Positions 46,302-54,860 of a stretch of DNA of 64,000 bases are shown here, piece by piece; the first letter of the stretch is position 1, and the number at the start of each line of letters is the position of its first letter. Origin of the DNA: an uncultured Bacillales bacterium (GTDB lineage: Bacteria; Bacillota_I; Bacilli_A; RF39; UBA660); NCBI GenBank assembly GCA_945228905.1, contig CALYOH010000001.1, positions 7,464 to 71,463 of the forward strand, given 5' to 3'. Both the position numbers and the translations under genes were made by a program. The notes under the pieces are model-generated. The model was not told the origin of the DNA. It saw nothing but the letters and a program-made list of their open reading frames with translations, and did no database searches.

Positions 46302-46607
46302 ATGCCACAAATGGAAGGACAAGTATTTCAAGATAGTGAACAAATGGGTGCAATCGCAACAGATATAACTAGCGATTCAACTACATTATCAGGAATTATC
46401 GACGAAATGTATAAAACTCTAAACGACGAACTTGGAGAAGAGGATACTGGAAATAGAGCTTGGTTTGGACCAAAAGCAACAGTATTCTTAAATAACATTG
46501 AAGCAAAACATGAAGATTTCAATAACGCTGTAAAAAATATTGCAGCTGTAGGAACTAACCTACAAGATCAAGCAGATGCATGGAACACTTTTGAAAATGC
46601 TGCATAA
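46302..46607 (+). CDS. WXG100-family (EsxA-like) small helical protein
   Basis: 101 aa with central 'AWFGPKA' (W-x-G at residues 54-56). RBS aaaggag. ATG 46302 preferred over TTG 46281. Confidence 0.8.
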   Translation: MPQMEGQVFQDSEQMGAIATDITSDSTTLSGIIDEMYKTLNDELGEEDTGNRAWFGPKATVFLNNIEAKHEDFNNAVKNIAAVGTNLQDQADAWNTFENAA

Positions 46608-46639
46608 TAGATAATAAAATAAGATAGGAGGAAATAAAT

Positions 46640-46945
46640 ATGGCAAAATCAGGAATGAGATACCAAAAAATGTTAAATTTAGTGTCAAAAATGGAAGAAT
46701 ACCAAACTAGAATGACTACAGTAATGGACACATTACAAAACGAAAGATCTACTTCAGTAGCAGCTGTATATGGTGGTGAAGCTGCAGATAATTTCAAAAC
46801 AAATATGAAAACAATTGCTGATAATTTAGATAAACAAATTAAAAGTATTATTAAGCAATTAAACGAAGAAGCTCAAACACAACATGACAACTATCAAAAA
46901 CAAGAAGCTGCCTTAAAATCTGGACCAGCTGCTGCAACAGATTGA
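46640..46945 (+). CDS. Second WXG100-like protein with a degenerate motif (YGGEAADNF)
   Basis: 101 aa, helical. Central 'VYGGEAADNF' sits where WxG-AA-xF is expected. RBS taggagg. Confidence 0.6.
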   Translation: MAKSGMRYQKMLNLVSKMEEYQTRMTTVMDTLQNERSTSVAAVYGGEAADNFKTNMKTIADNLDKQIKSIIKQLNEEAQTQHDNYQKQEAALKSGPAAATD

Positions 46946-47068
46946 AAACTTGTTGGTGGCGGAATGGCAATGATGACAAAATAAAGAAATTACTTGTGTA
47001 ATTTCTTATTAGTGCGGACTAAAATTGTTAGTCCTTACTAATAAGCAATTAATAAAGGAGGAAATAGT

Positions 47069-47917
47069 ATGGGAGAAGAACAAACAGTTGTTAATGTTGG
47101 TATGGATGACTTAGAAACCTTTATGAAAAATAGCAGTGCATCAAATATTGAATATGCTAAATCGGAAGGAATTAATTTACCGGATGCGTTGGCATTAATA
47201 GATAAAGCTACAGGTGGGGTTCCAACAATTACAGATAATATAACTACTAATATAAGCTCAATATTAACAGCATTAGGTAATACCGGCGATTCTAAACAAT
47301 TTAATTCAGGTGATACTTCACTTGAATATCAAGCTAATTGGGGATCTATGAATACAAATTCAATAGATATAGATACCACAATTGAAACACTTAAGGGACA
47401 AAGAGACACTATTGGAGAAGCAATTGCCCAATATAATAGAGATTTAAAAGAACTAAAGAAAAGGTCTAAACTTAGAGCATTGCAAAAACATGTTGATAGT
47501 ATAAATGGAACAGAAGTCGATTCATGGAATGACAAAATGACAATTACATACACGGCTGATGGATATCAAACTGGTTGGCTACCATCAAGCGAAAGAAGAG
47601 AAGGAAATTATAAGATTTATGCTTCGGCCAAACAAATTTCATCATCAAATGATGATTTTGGGGGATATAAGGCAACATATTCGATTCATTATTCAAAAAA
47701 AGTAGCAATAGACTATGATTCATTGATACCAAGTAATGTAGACACTGGTGGATTTTTTTCATGGCTTATGAAATGGCTTGATGATGACTATGAGGAGCTA
47801 TTCGGTAAAGTAGCTGGAGTTGCAGAATCATATCCTGGACATGGAATTGAATATACTAATCAAATAGATGATTCAGAACCAATAGATGAATGGTGTACTT
47901 ATACACCTGTTCAATAG
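47069..47917 (+). CDS. Hypothetical 282-aa protein in the WXG100 cluster
   Basis: RBS aaaggagg. N-terminal helical region, central coiled coil 'IAQYNRDLKELKKRSKLRALQKH'. No family recognised. Confidence 0.55.
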   Translation: MGEEQTVVNVGMDDLETFMKNSSASNIEYAKSEGINLPDALALIDKATGGVPTITDNITTNISSILTALGNTGDSKQFNSGDTSLEYQANWGSMNTNSIDIDTTIETLKGQRDTIGEAIAQYNRDLKELKKRSKLRALQKHVDSINGTEVDSWNDKMTITYTADGYQTGWLPSSERREGNYKIYASAKQISSSNDDFGGYKATYSIHYSKKVAIDYDSLIPSNVDTGGFFSWLMKWLDDDYEELFGKVAGVAESYPGHGIEYTNQIDDSEPIDEWCTYTPVQ

Positions 47918-47932
47918 TATAAGGAGGTATTT

Positions 47933-50074
47933 ATGGGAGCAAAATACGACTTTTTAGAATTAAATGGGGCATCATCAACAGTCAAAGATGTAAATGATGA
48001 TGCTAAAGCTCTTAAAGCGCTAATTGATGAATTGCTCGGTATTGATAGTAGAGTAAAAGACAAATATCCCGTTTTTTCAGAACTAAAGACAGTAAATGAT
48101 AAACTTGCACAAAACATTGTAACAGATGGAGATAGTCAATCATGGCTTGATAACACAATTGCTGGAGCTCAGGCTGTAGAACAACAAAACCAACAAAGAG
48201 ATCCAGGCTTTACTGACATAGGAGATGGAGTAGGAACTGGCGGAGGAACAGGTTCAGGAACCTCATTAGATACAACAATATTAACTGACGACTTCACTGA
48301 TGGGGAAGGGAACATTTTACCAATAGATTTTGGAATTAGTCCGGAAGAATGGTCTAAACTACCTCCTGGAGAAAAAGAGGCAATTGTAAAAAAATTAAAA
48401 GAACTTGGTTTCACAGATGATGAAATTAAGAGAATTATAGATGGAGAGCCTATAGTTCCTAAACTAATTGTAGAGAACGTATCAGGAGATTTAGAAGAAT
48501 TATACAAAAAAAATCCATCACTTAGACAAAAATTAAAAGATTTATATGGGTTTGATATATTTAATGATGATGGAACAATTAATAAAGATAAATTAGCAAT
48601 CGCATTATTAATAGATAAAAAGAATCCAAATGATCAATATGATTTACAAACAATGATCCAAAAGTTAAAAAAACCTTTAACAGTAAATCCGGTAGATGGA
48701 GATGTAAATTTTACACCAGATCCATCACCTTCTACAGAACCTGGTTTAGATACAACACCTATTAGCACCATTGTTTCAGGTGGCGGAGCAGCAACAGGTA
48801 CTATGGGAGCAGCAAACGCTGCAGAAGCAGTTGCAGATGCTATTGCAACAGAACAAGAAAAAGATCTTGCAGGGCTTCTAGGAGATTTAACTGGAAGTGT
48901 TGGAAAGATTGGAAAGGCAATTGCACCTACAGGTGGAGTAATTCCAACAAACCAAAGTGGAGCTGGAATTATTGCAGGAGCTGGACTTGCAGCAGCAGGA
49001 GCTCTTGGTGGTGGAGGTCTTTATGCTCACCATAATTTAATAAAACTTACATTTAGTCCAGATGATTTCTATGCATTAGATGATGATGATCAAAATGCTA
49101 TCACCAATGACATGAAAAAAGCTGGTTATACAGAAGATGAAATTGCTAAGTTTAAAGAGAGTGATTTCAGCGTAGACGATTCATTTATTTCAGATATTGT
49201 TAAAGCAGTTAAGAAGGCTGCAGAAATTAATGATGATGTTAAGAGTCAAATTAGAGATGCATATGGTTATGATTTACTAGATGCATTAAGCAAAGTAGAT
49301 AAATATAAATTATTTGCTACTGCACTTATCGATGGTAAAAATGCATCAGATGACTTTAACTTATTTAACATATTAAATCCATTTCTTGCAGATACAGATT
49401 TAACAAACTTAACATATTTTGGAACAATAATGGAAGAAGTTTTACTTACTGAAGAAGTTGCTAAGAGATTAGGAGTTTTTGATAAGTTAGGAAAAACTTA
49501 TAAATTTACTGAAGCAGATTATGAAAATCAAGATGACTATACTAAGTCTGCAATAGTAAGTACTTTAACAGCAGCAGGATTGAATTCAGAAGAAATAGAA
49601 AAAATGAAAACTGCTACATTTAAAGTTAAGACTTCAATAATGAATCCAATTATTAATGTCTTAGAAGATATTAATAAAGTTCAATCTAACTTCGCACAAA
49701 AATTAACAGACTTATATAAATATAGTCTAATTGATGCTGAAGGAAAAGTGGATAAATATAGATTATTTACTGCAATGATTATTGATGGATATTCTTTAGT
49801 AGATGACTATAATATTTATAAAGTAGTAGTAGAAGCTACTGGAGATGAAAAGAAAAGTGATCCTAACTATGATGGATTAAAGATTGAAGATGTCATAGTT
49901 GATAAAGAAAAAGAAGAAGAAATCTCTGAAGCAGAAAATCTAGGACATTTAAATGTTACTGAAGATGAATTATTAGATGATGGAATGAGTGTTGCAGAAG
50001 CAGCAGTTCAAGAAATGAAAGATTCAAATCCAACAACAGAAAAAGATTGGCTAAAGGATTTAGGAATTCAATAA
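47933..50074 (+). CDS. 713-aa single-pass membrane protein: helical N-domain, Gly-rich linkers, three ~110-aa repeats
   Basis: RBS aaggagg. N-terminal ~90 aa are helical with 'ELLG' (LXG-like, unverified). Gly/Ala-rich TM 'GAGIIAGAGLAAAGALGGGGLY'. Repeats at aa 134-243, 373-482 and 524-632. Confidence 0.6.
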   Translation: MGAKYDFLELNGASSTVKDVNDDAKALKALIDELLGIDSRVKDKYPVFSELKTVNDKLAQNIVTDGDSQSWLDNTIAGAQAVEQQNQQRDPGFTDIGDGVGTGGGTGSGTSLDTTILTDDFTDGEGNILPIDFGISPEEWSKLPPGEKEAIVKKLKELGFTDDEIKRIIDGEPIVPKLIVENVSGDLEELYKKNPSLRQKLKDLYGFDIFNDDGTINKDKLAIALLIDKKNPNDQYDLQTMIQKLKKPLTVNPVDGDVNFTPDPSPSTEPGLDTTPISTIVSGGGAATGTMGAANAAEAVADAIATEQEKDLAGLLGDLTGSVGKIGKAIAPTGGVIPTNQSGAGIIAGAGLAAAGALGGGGLYAHHNLIKLTFSPDDFYALDDDDQNAITNDMKKAGYTEDEIAKFKESDFSVDDSFISDIVKAVKKAAEINDDVKSQIRDAYGYDLLDALSKVDKYKLFATALIDGKNASDDFNLFNILNPFLADTDLTNLTYFGTIMEEVLLTEEVAKRLGVFDKLGKTYKFTEADYENQDDYTKSAIVSTLTAAGLNSEEIEKMKTATFKVKTSIMNPIINVLEDINKVQSNFAQKLTDLYKYSLIDAEGKVDKYRLFTAMIIDGYSLVDDYNIYKVVVEATGDEKKSDPNYDGLKIEDVIVDKEKEEEISEAENLGHLNVTEDELLDDGMSVAEAAVQEMKDSNPTTEKDWLKDLGIQ
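48332..48661 (+). repeat. Intragenic protein repeat A ('SPEEWSKL...GFTDDEIKRI...LKDLYGFDIFNDDGTINKDKLAIALLID')
   Basis: Aligned by eye with repeats B and C. Confidence 0.8.
49049..49378 (+). repeat. Intragenic protein repeat B ('SPDDFYAL...GYTEDEIAKF...IRDAYGYDLLDALSKVDKYKLFATALID')
   Basis: Aligned by eye with repeats A and C. Confidence 0.8.
49502..49828 (+). repeat. Intragenic protein repeat C ('TEADYENQ...GLNSEEIEKM...LTDLYKYSLIDAEGKVDKYRLFTAMIID')
   Basis: Aligned by eye with repeats A and B. Confidence 0.8.
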
Positions 50075-50080
50075 TTAAAG

Positions 50081-50108
50081 AAGTGATATTTATCACTCCT
50101 TTTTTTTA
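50081..50108 (+). terminator. Rho-independent terminator after the WXG100 cluster
   Basis: aagtgata-ttt-atcactcc followed by tttttttt. Confidence 0.8.
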
Positions 50109-50137
50109 TGTTATAATATCAAGTGCTGGAGGGTATT

Positions 50138-51058
50138 ATGTTTAAAGAATATTATTTAAAATTACTAAATTATGATAATGTACCAGATTTCTTAAAAAGA
50201 TATTTAGAGGTACCAACTCTACAAAGATTAAAAGAAATAGGTTATTTTTGTGGAATGGATTATGCATCAAAGAATATATATAATTTTAAAGAGTATATTT
50301 CAAGATATGATCACTCTCTAACTGTTGCATTATTAGTATATAAATTAACTGAAGATAAGACCGCAACAATTGCAGGACTATTTCATGATATAAGTACTCC
50401 TTGTTTTTCTCATGTAATTGATTATATGAATAAAGACTATAATAAACAAGAAAGTACAGAAAAAAATATGCTTAAAGTTATAGAAAGTGATTCAACACTA
50501 CTAAATTTATTACGAGAGGACAAAATAAAAGCAGATGAAATAGTAGAATTTAAAGAATTCACTATAGTTGATAATGATAGACCAAAATTATGTGCTGATA
50601 GGTTAGATGGTATTATTCATACTGGATATAACTGGACTAAAGAAATAGAACTAAGTGATATTAATGAGATAATTAATAATATAGAAATATATAAAAATGA
50701 AGATGAAGAAGCTGAAATAGGATTTAAATCAAAAGAAGTCGCAAACAAAGTGTATGAATTTTCTGAAACTATAAATAAAGTATGTCATTCTAGTGAAGAT
50801 AACTATATGATGGAGCTACTTGCTAAAATAACTAGATATTCTATTAATAAAGGTTATATTACATATGATGAGTTATTCACATCTACTGAGGAAAAAATAT
50901 TTAATAAATTTGATAGTAAGAAAGATACATTCTTAAAAGAGTTACTAAAAGAATTTAGAACAATAGAAGCATCTTCAATACCATATATTGAATTACCTAA
51001 CTTAAAAGTAAGAGATATAAATCCATTAGTAAATGGAAAAAGATTAAGGAATGAATAA
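50138..51058 (+). CDS. HD-domain protein (paralogue of 38088..39113)
   Basis: 'YDHSLTVALLV...IAGLFHDISTPCFSHVIDY...DRPKLCADRLDG'. ATG 50138 follows ggaggg. Confidence 0.75.
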   Translation: MFKEYYLKLLNYDNVPDFLKRYLEVPTLQRLKEIGYFCGMDYASKNIYNFKEYISRYDHSLTVALLVYKLTEDKTATIAGLFHDISTPCFSHVIDYMNKDYNKQESTEKNMLKVIESDSTLLNLLREDKIKADEIVEFKEFTIVDNDRPKLCADRLDGIIHTGYNWTKEIELSDINEIINNIEIYKNEDEEAEIGFKSKEVANKVYEFSETINKVCHSSEDNYMMELLAKITRYSINKGYITYDELFTSTEEKIFNKFDSKKDTFLKELLKEFRTIEASSIPYIELPNLKVRDINPLVNGKRLRNE

Positions 51059-51059
51059 T

Positions 51060-51896
51060 ATGAAAACATATAAAGATATTGAAAAGAGTATTATTACTAC
51101 ATATAGAAAAGATATATGGTCTAAATTTATTAAAGCAGTAATTGATTATAAATTAATAGAAGAGAATGATAATATAATGGTTTGTATAAGTGGAGGAAAA
51201 GATTCATTTTTATTAGCTAAATTAATTCAAGAAGTACAAGCTCATGGTAAATATCCATTTAATGCTCATTATGTAGTAATGGATCCTGGATATAAGAAAG
51301 AAAATAGAAATCTTATAGAAGAAAATGCTAAAAATTTAAATATACCTATAGAAATATATGAAAGTGATATTTTTGAAGTAGTAGATAAAAACTTTAAAGA
51401 TATTCCTTGTTATATGTGTGCAAGAATGAGAAGAGGATTTCTATATGCCAAAGCAAAAGAGTTAGGATGTAATAAGATAGCTTTAGGACATCATTTTGAT
51501 GATGTAATAGAAACTACACTATTATCAATGTTTTACGCATCAGAAGTTAAAACAATGTTACCAAAACTACATTCAGATAACTTCCCAGGAATAGATCTAA
51601 TAAGACCAATGTATCTTGTTAAAGAATCCGCAGTACTTGCTTGGAAAAAACATAATGAATTAGAATTTTTAAATTGTGCATGTAAATATACAGAACAAGA
51701 TCAAAATCATGAACTTGTAAGTAAACGTAGAGAAATTAAAGATTTAATAAAAGAATTAAAGAAAACTAATACAAATATTGATAATCATATTTTTAAAGCA
51801 CTAGATAATGTAAATATAGATTGTGTGTTAGGATATACTAAAAATAGAGAGAAACATTCTTTTTTAGAAGAATTTGACAAAGATAAGGACATATAG
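51060..51896 (+). CDS. PP-loop ATPase, TtcA-like tRNA thiolation enzyme
   Basis: 'VCISGGKDS' PP-loop, 'CYMCARMRR', 'IALGHHFDD'. Confidence 0.8.
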   Translation: MKTYKDIEKSIITTYRKDIWSKFIKAVIDYKLIEENDNIMVCISGGKDSFLLAKLIQEVQAHGKYPFNAHYVVMDPGYKKENRNLIEENAKNLNIPIEIYESDIFEVVDKNFKDIPCYMCARMRRGFLYAKAKELGCNKIALGHHFDDVIETTLLSMFYASEVKTMLPKLHSDNFPGIDLIRPMYLVKESAVLAWKKHNELEFLNCACKYTEQDQNHELVSKRREIKDLIKELKKTNTNIDNHIFKALDNVNIDCVLGYTKNREKHSFLEEFDKDKDI

Positions 51897-51944
51897 TCCT
51901 TTTTATGTTAAAATTATGTTGATAATAAATAAAGTGGTGATTTT

Positions 51945-53043
51945 ATGGAAATAAAAGAATTAAAAAAAGAAATTAACAAAAATAATGAAATAATTAATAA
52001 TCTATGGAGGTCACTTTGACATAGATTCTAAAAAGAAAAAAATAGAAGAATTAGAAAATAAAACTAAAGATCTTAATTTTTGGAATGATAGAGATAATGC
52101 TGAAAAAGTATTAAAAGAAATAAATGATTTAAAAGATACAATATCAAAAGTAGAAGTAATAAAAAATGATATTAATTCTAATTTAGAAGTATTAGATTTA
52201 CTAGAAGTAGAAGAAGATAAAGACTTATATAATGAAGTATCTGATAATATAAATGAGATAAGTAAAAGAACTGAAGAATTAAATTTATTACTATTATTAA
52301 ACGGTCCATATGATAAAAATGACTGTATATTAGAAATACATCCAGGAGCAGGTGGAACAGAGTCTTGTGACTGGGCTAGTATGCTTTATAGAATGTATTT
52401 AAGATGGTGTGAAAGAAAAGGATATAAAGTAGAATTACTAGATTATCAATCAGGAGATGAAGCTGGTATTAAGAGTGTTTCTATAATGGTAAAAGGAAAA
52501 AATGCCTATGGTTATCTTAAAAATGAAAAAGGTGTACACAGACTAGTAAGATTATCTCCATTTGATTCTAATAATAGACGTCATACATCATTCGCATCAG
52601 TAGAAATAACACCAGATATAGATAAAGATGTAGACATAGAAATAGATGAAAAAGACTTAAAGATAGATGTATATCGTTCAACAGGAGCAGGAGGACAAGG
52701 AGTAAATACAACAGATTCAGCAGTAAGAATAACACATCTACCTTCAAAGATAGTTGTTACTTGTCAAAATGAAAGAAGTCAAATACAAAATAAAGAACAA
52801 GCTCTTCGAGTATTAAAAAATAAATTATTATTAATAAAAATAGAAGAGCAAGAAAAAGAATTAAATAAAATTAAAGGAGAACAATCCAATATAGAATTTG
52901 GATCTCAAATAAGAAGTTATGTTATGCATCCATATTCTATGGTAAAAGATCATAGAACTAATGTAGAAACAAGTAATGTATCAAAAGTTATGGATGGAGA
53001 CATAGATATGTTTATAGAAGAAAATCTAAAAAGGGGCTTGTAA
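51945..53043 (+). CDS. prfB: Peptide chain release factor 2, requiring a programmed +1 frameshift at 52014-52020
   Basis: Frame 0 'MEIKELKKEINKNNEIINNLWRSL' stops at TGA 52017. Frame +1 from 52018 is open and continues 'DIDSKKKKIEEL...GAGGTESCDWASMLYRMY...SPF...[16 protein letters not shown]'. Confidence 0.92.
52006..52020 (+). promoter_or_regulatory. prfB autoregulatory frameshift site (internal SD GGAGG + CTT TGA C)
   Basis: ggagg-tca-CTT-TGA-C read directly. Matches the canonical RF2 recoding signal. Confidence 0.9.
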
Positions 53044-53044
53044 A

Positions 53045-53923
53045 ATGAATAGTTTTTCTAAAAGTAAATACTTAGTATTAGAAAACAAAATTAATAAACT
53101 AAATATTACAAGATTAATCCAATTTGTAATTGGATGTTTTATAGTGGCCTTATCTTATAATATATTTATAGCTCCAAATGATTTAGTACCTGGAGGAGTT
53201 GGAGGAATAGCAGTTATTATAAATAACTTATTTAATATACAAAACTCTACTACAATATTTACATTAAATATATTTTTACTAATACTTAGTTACTTTACTT
53301 TAGGAAAAGAAAAAACAAAAGCTTCTATTTTAGGGTCTATTATATTTCCAATGTTTGTAAGAGCAACAGAACATATTAATATATGGTTACAAGTAGATAC
53401 ATCTAAAGTATTATTATCAGCACTTTGTGGTGGAATAATGTTTGGTTTTGGTGCAGGATTAATATTTAAAGCAGGATTTACTACAGGTGGAACTGATATT
53501 ATTAATCAAATAATATCTAAATATGCCAATATGAGTATGGGAAAGAGTATGTTATGTAGTGATGGATTAATAGTCTTATCAAGTGCAGTATTCTTTGGCT
53601 TTAATAGTATGTTATATTCTATTTTAATACTATATTGTATTAGTTTAATTGCTGATAAAGTAGTATTAGGTATATCAGATAATAAAATGTTTTATATAAT
53701 AACCGAAAAAGAAGATGAAATAAAAGACTTTATAATGAAATATCTTCATCATGGAGTAACTATATTTAAAGCAAAAGGTGGATATAAGAGAAAATCAGAA
53801 AATGTATTAATGACAGTTCTTCCTACCAAAGACTTTTATAAGTTAAGGGAAGGAATAGAAGAAATAGATGAAGAAGCATTCTTCATAGTAACAGATTCAT
53901 ATGAATTATTTGGAGGTGAGTAA
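53045..53923 (+). CDS. YitT-family membrane protein (DUF2179 C-terminal domain)
   Basis: 'LVPGGVGGIA', 'GFTTGGTDII', C-terminal 'ITEKEDEIKDFI...FFIVTDSYELFGG'. Confidence 0.8.
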   Translation: MNSFSKSKYLVLENKINKLNITRLIQFVIGCFIVALSYNIFIAPNDLVPGGVGGIAVIINNLFNIQNSTTIFTLNIFLLILSYFTLGKEKTKASILGSIIFPMFVRATEHINIWLQVDTSKVLLSALCGGIMFGFGAGLIFKAGFTTGGTDIINQIISKYANMSMGKSMLCSDGLIVLSSAVFFGFNSMLYSILILYCISLIADKVVLGISDNKMFYIITEKEDEIKDFIMKYLHHGVTIFKAKGGYKRKSENVLMTVLPTKDFYKLREGIEEIDEEAFFIVTDSYELFGGE

Positions 53924-54781
53924 ATGGAATCAATTGCAAGAAAAGTAATGAAAAAACATAAAGTATTTAGATTAATACTATTATTTATATCAATAATTTT
54001 ATCAGCAGTTATTTATAATATTTTCTTACTACCTCTAAGCTTAGTTACTGGAGGATCAGGTGGTATTGCAACTATAACATATTATTTATTTGATATAGAT
54101 CCAGCAGTAATGGTTTTATTAATATCAATCGCAACAGCATTAATAGGTTTAATGTATTTAGGTTATAGAAAGACAATTGGTTCTATTGTAGCAAGTATTA
54201 TATATCCAATAATGATTCAATTAACTCTACCATTATCTAATATTATTAAACCAAATGAAGTAGATATACTTTTAATGGTTATATTTGCAGGAGTACTAAG
54301 TGGAGTAGCTAATGGATTAATGTATAGAACTGGTTATAATCAAGGTGGATTTTCTACTATAAGTCAAATATTATATGAACATAAAAAAATATCAGTAGCT
54401 AAATCTACATTAGTATTAAATGTAATAGTAGTACTTTTAGGAACATTCTTCTTTGGAGTAACTAATGCATTATATGCAATAATATTACTTTATATTAATA
54501 GTTTAGTAATGGATAAGGTTCTTTTAGGAATATCTAATAATAAAGCATTCTATATTATTACTGAAAAAGATTCTGAAGTAAAAGAATATATTATTAAAAC
54601 TTTAGGCCATGATATAACAACATTTGAAGTAAAAGGTGGCTTTATGGAGAAGAATAGAAAAGTAATGTTGACAGTTATACCATCAAGAGAATATTACAAA
54701 GTTACAGAAGGAATTAAGGCCATAGATAAGGACGCGTTCTTCGTAGTAACAGATTCATATCAAGTAGAAGGTGGAAAATAA
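53924..54781 (+). CDS. YitT-family membrane protein, tandem paralogue
   Basis: Same architecture ('LVTGGSGGIA', 'ITEKDSEVKEYI...FFVVTDSYQVEGG'). Confidence 0.8.
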   Translation: MESIARKVMKKHKVFRLILLFISIILSAVIYNIFLLPLSLVTGGSGGIATITYYLFDIDPAVMVLLISIATALIGLMYLGYRKTIGSIVASIIYPIMIQLTLPLSNIIKPNEVDILLMVIFAGVLSGVANGLMYRTGYNQGGFSTISQILYEHKKISVAKSTLVLNVIVVLLGTFFFGVTNALYAIILLYINSLVMDKVLLGISNNKAFYIITEKDSEVKEYIIKTLGHDITTFEVKGGFMEKNRKVMLTVIPSREYYKVTEGIKAIDKDAFFVVTDSYQVEGGK

Positions 54782-54860
54782 AGGAAAATCAAAGCTTTTC
54801 CTTTTTTTTTACTAAATTTATGTGTTATAATATAAATACTAAGGTGGTGAAATAGATAAG

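Noticed and set aside
46943-46984. In-frame extension after the TGA of the second WXG100-like gene ('*KLVGGGMAMMTK*') as read-through or a micro-ORF
   Set aside because: It is only 13 codons, has no supporting signal, and terminator hairpins follow immediately. Most likely chance.
9645-48753. Isolated single TTAGATAC or GTATCTAA 8-mers. Positions: 9645, 9873, 14098(-), 24412(-), 33954, 40290, 43330, 48266, 48746.
   Set aside because: All are unpaired. All except the one at 24412 lie inside CDSs, and the forward-orientation copies read as Leu-Asp-Thr codons. They fit chance or codon-driven occurrence in AT-rich DNA and are not part of the tandem-motif system.
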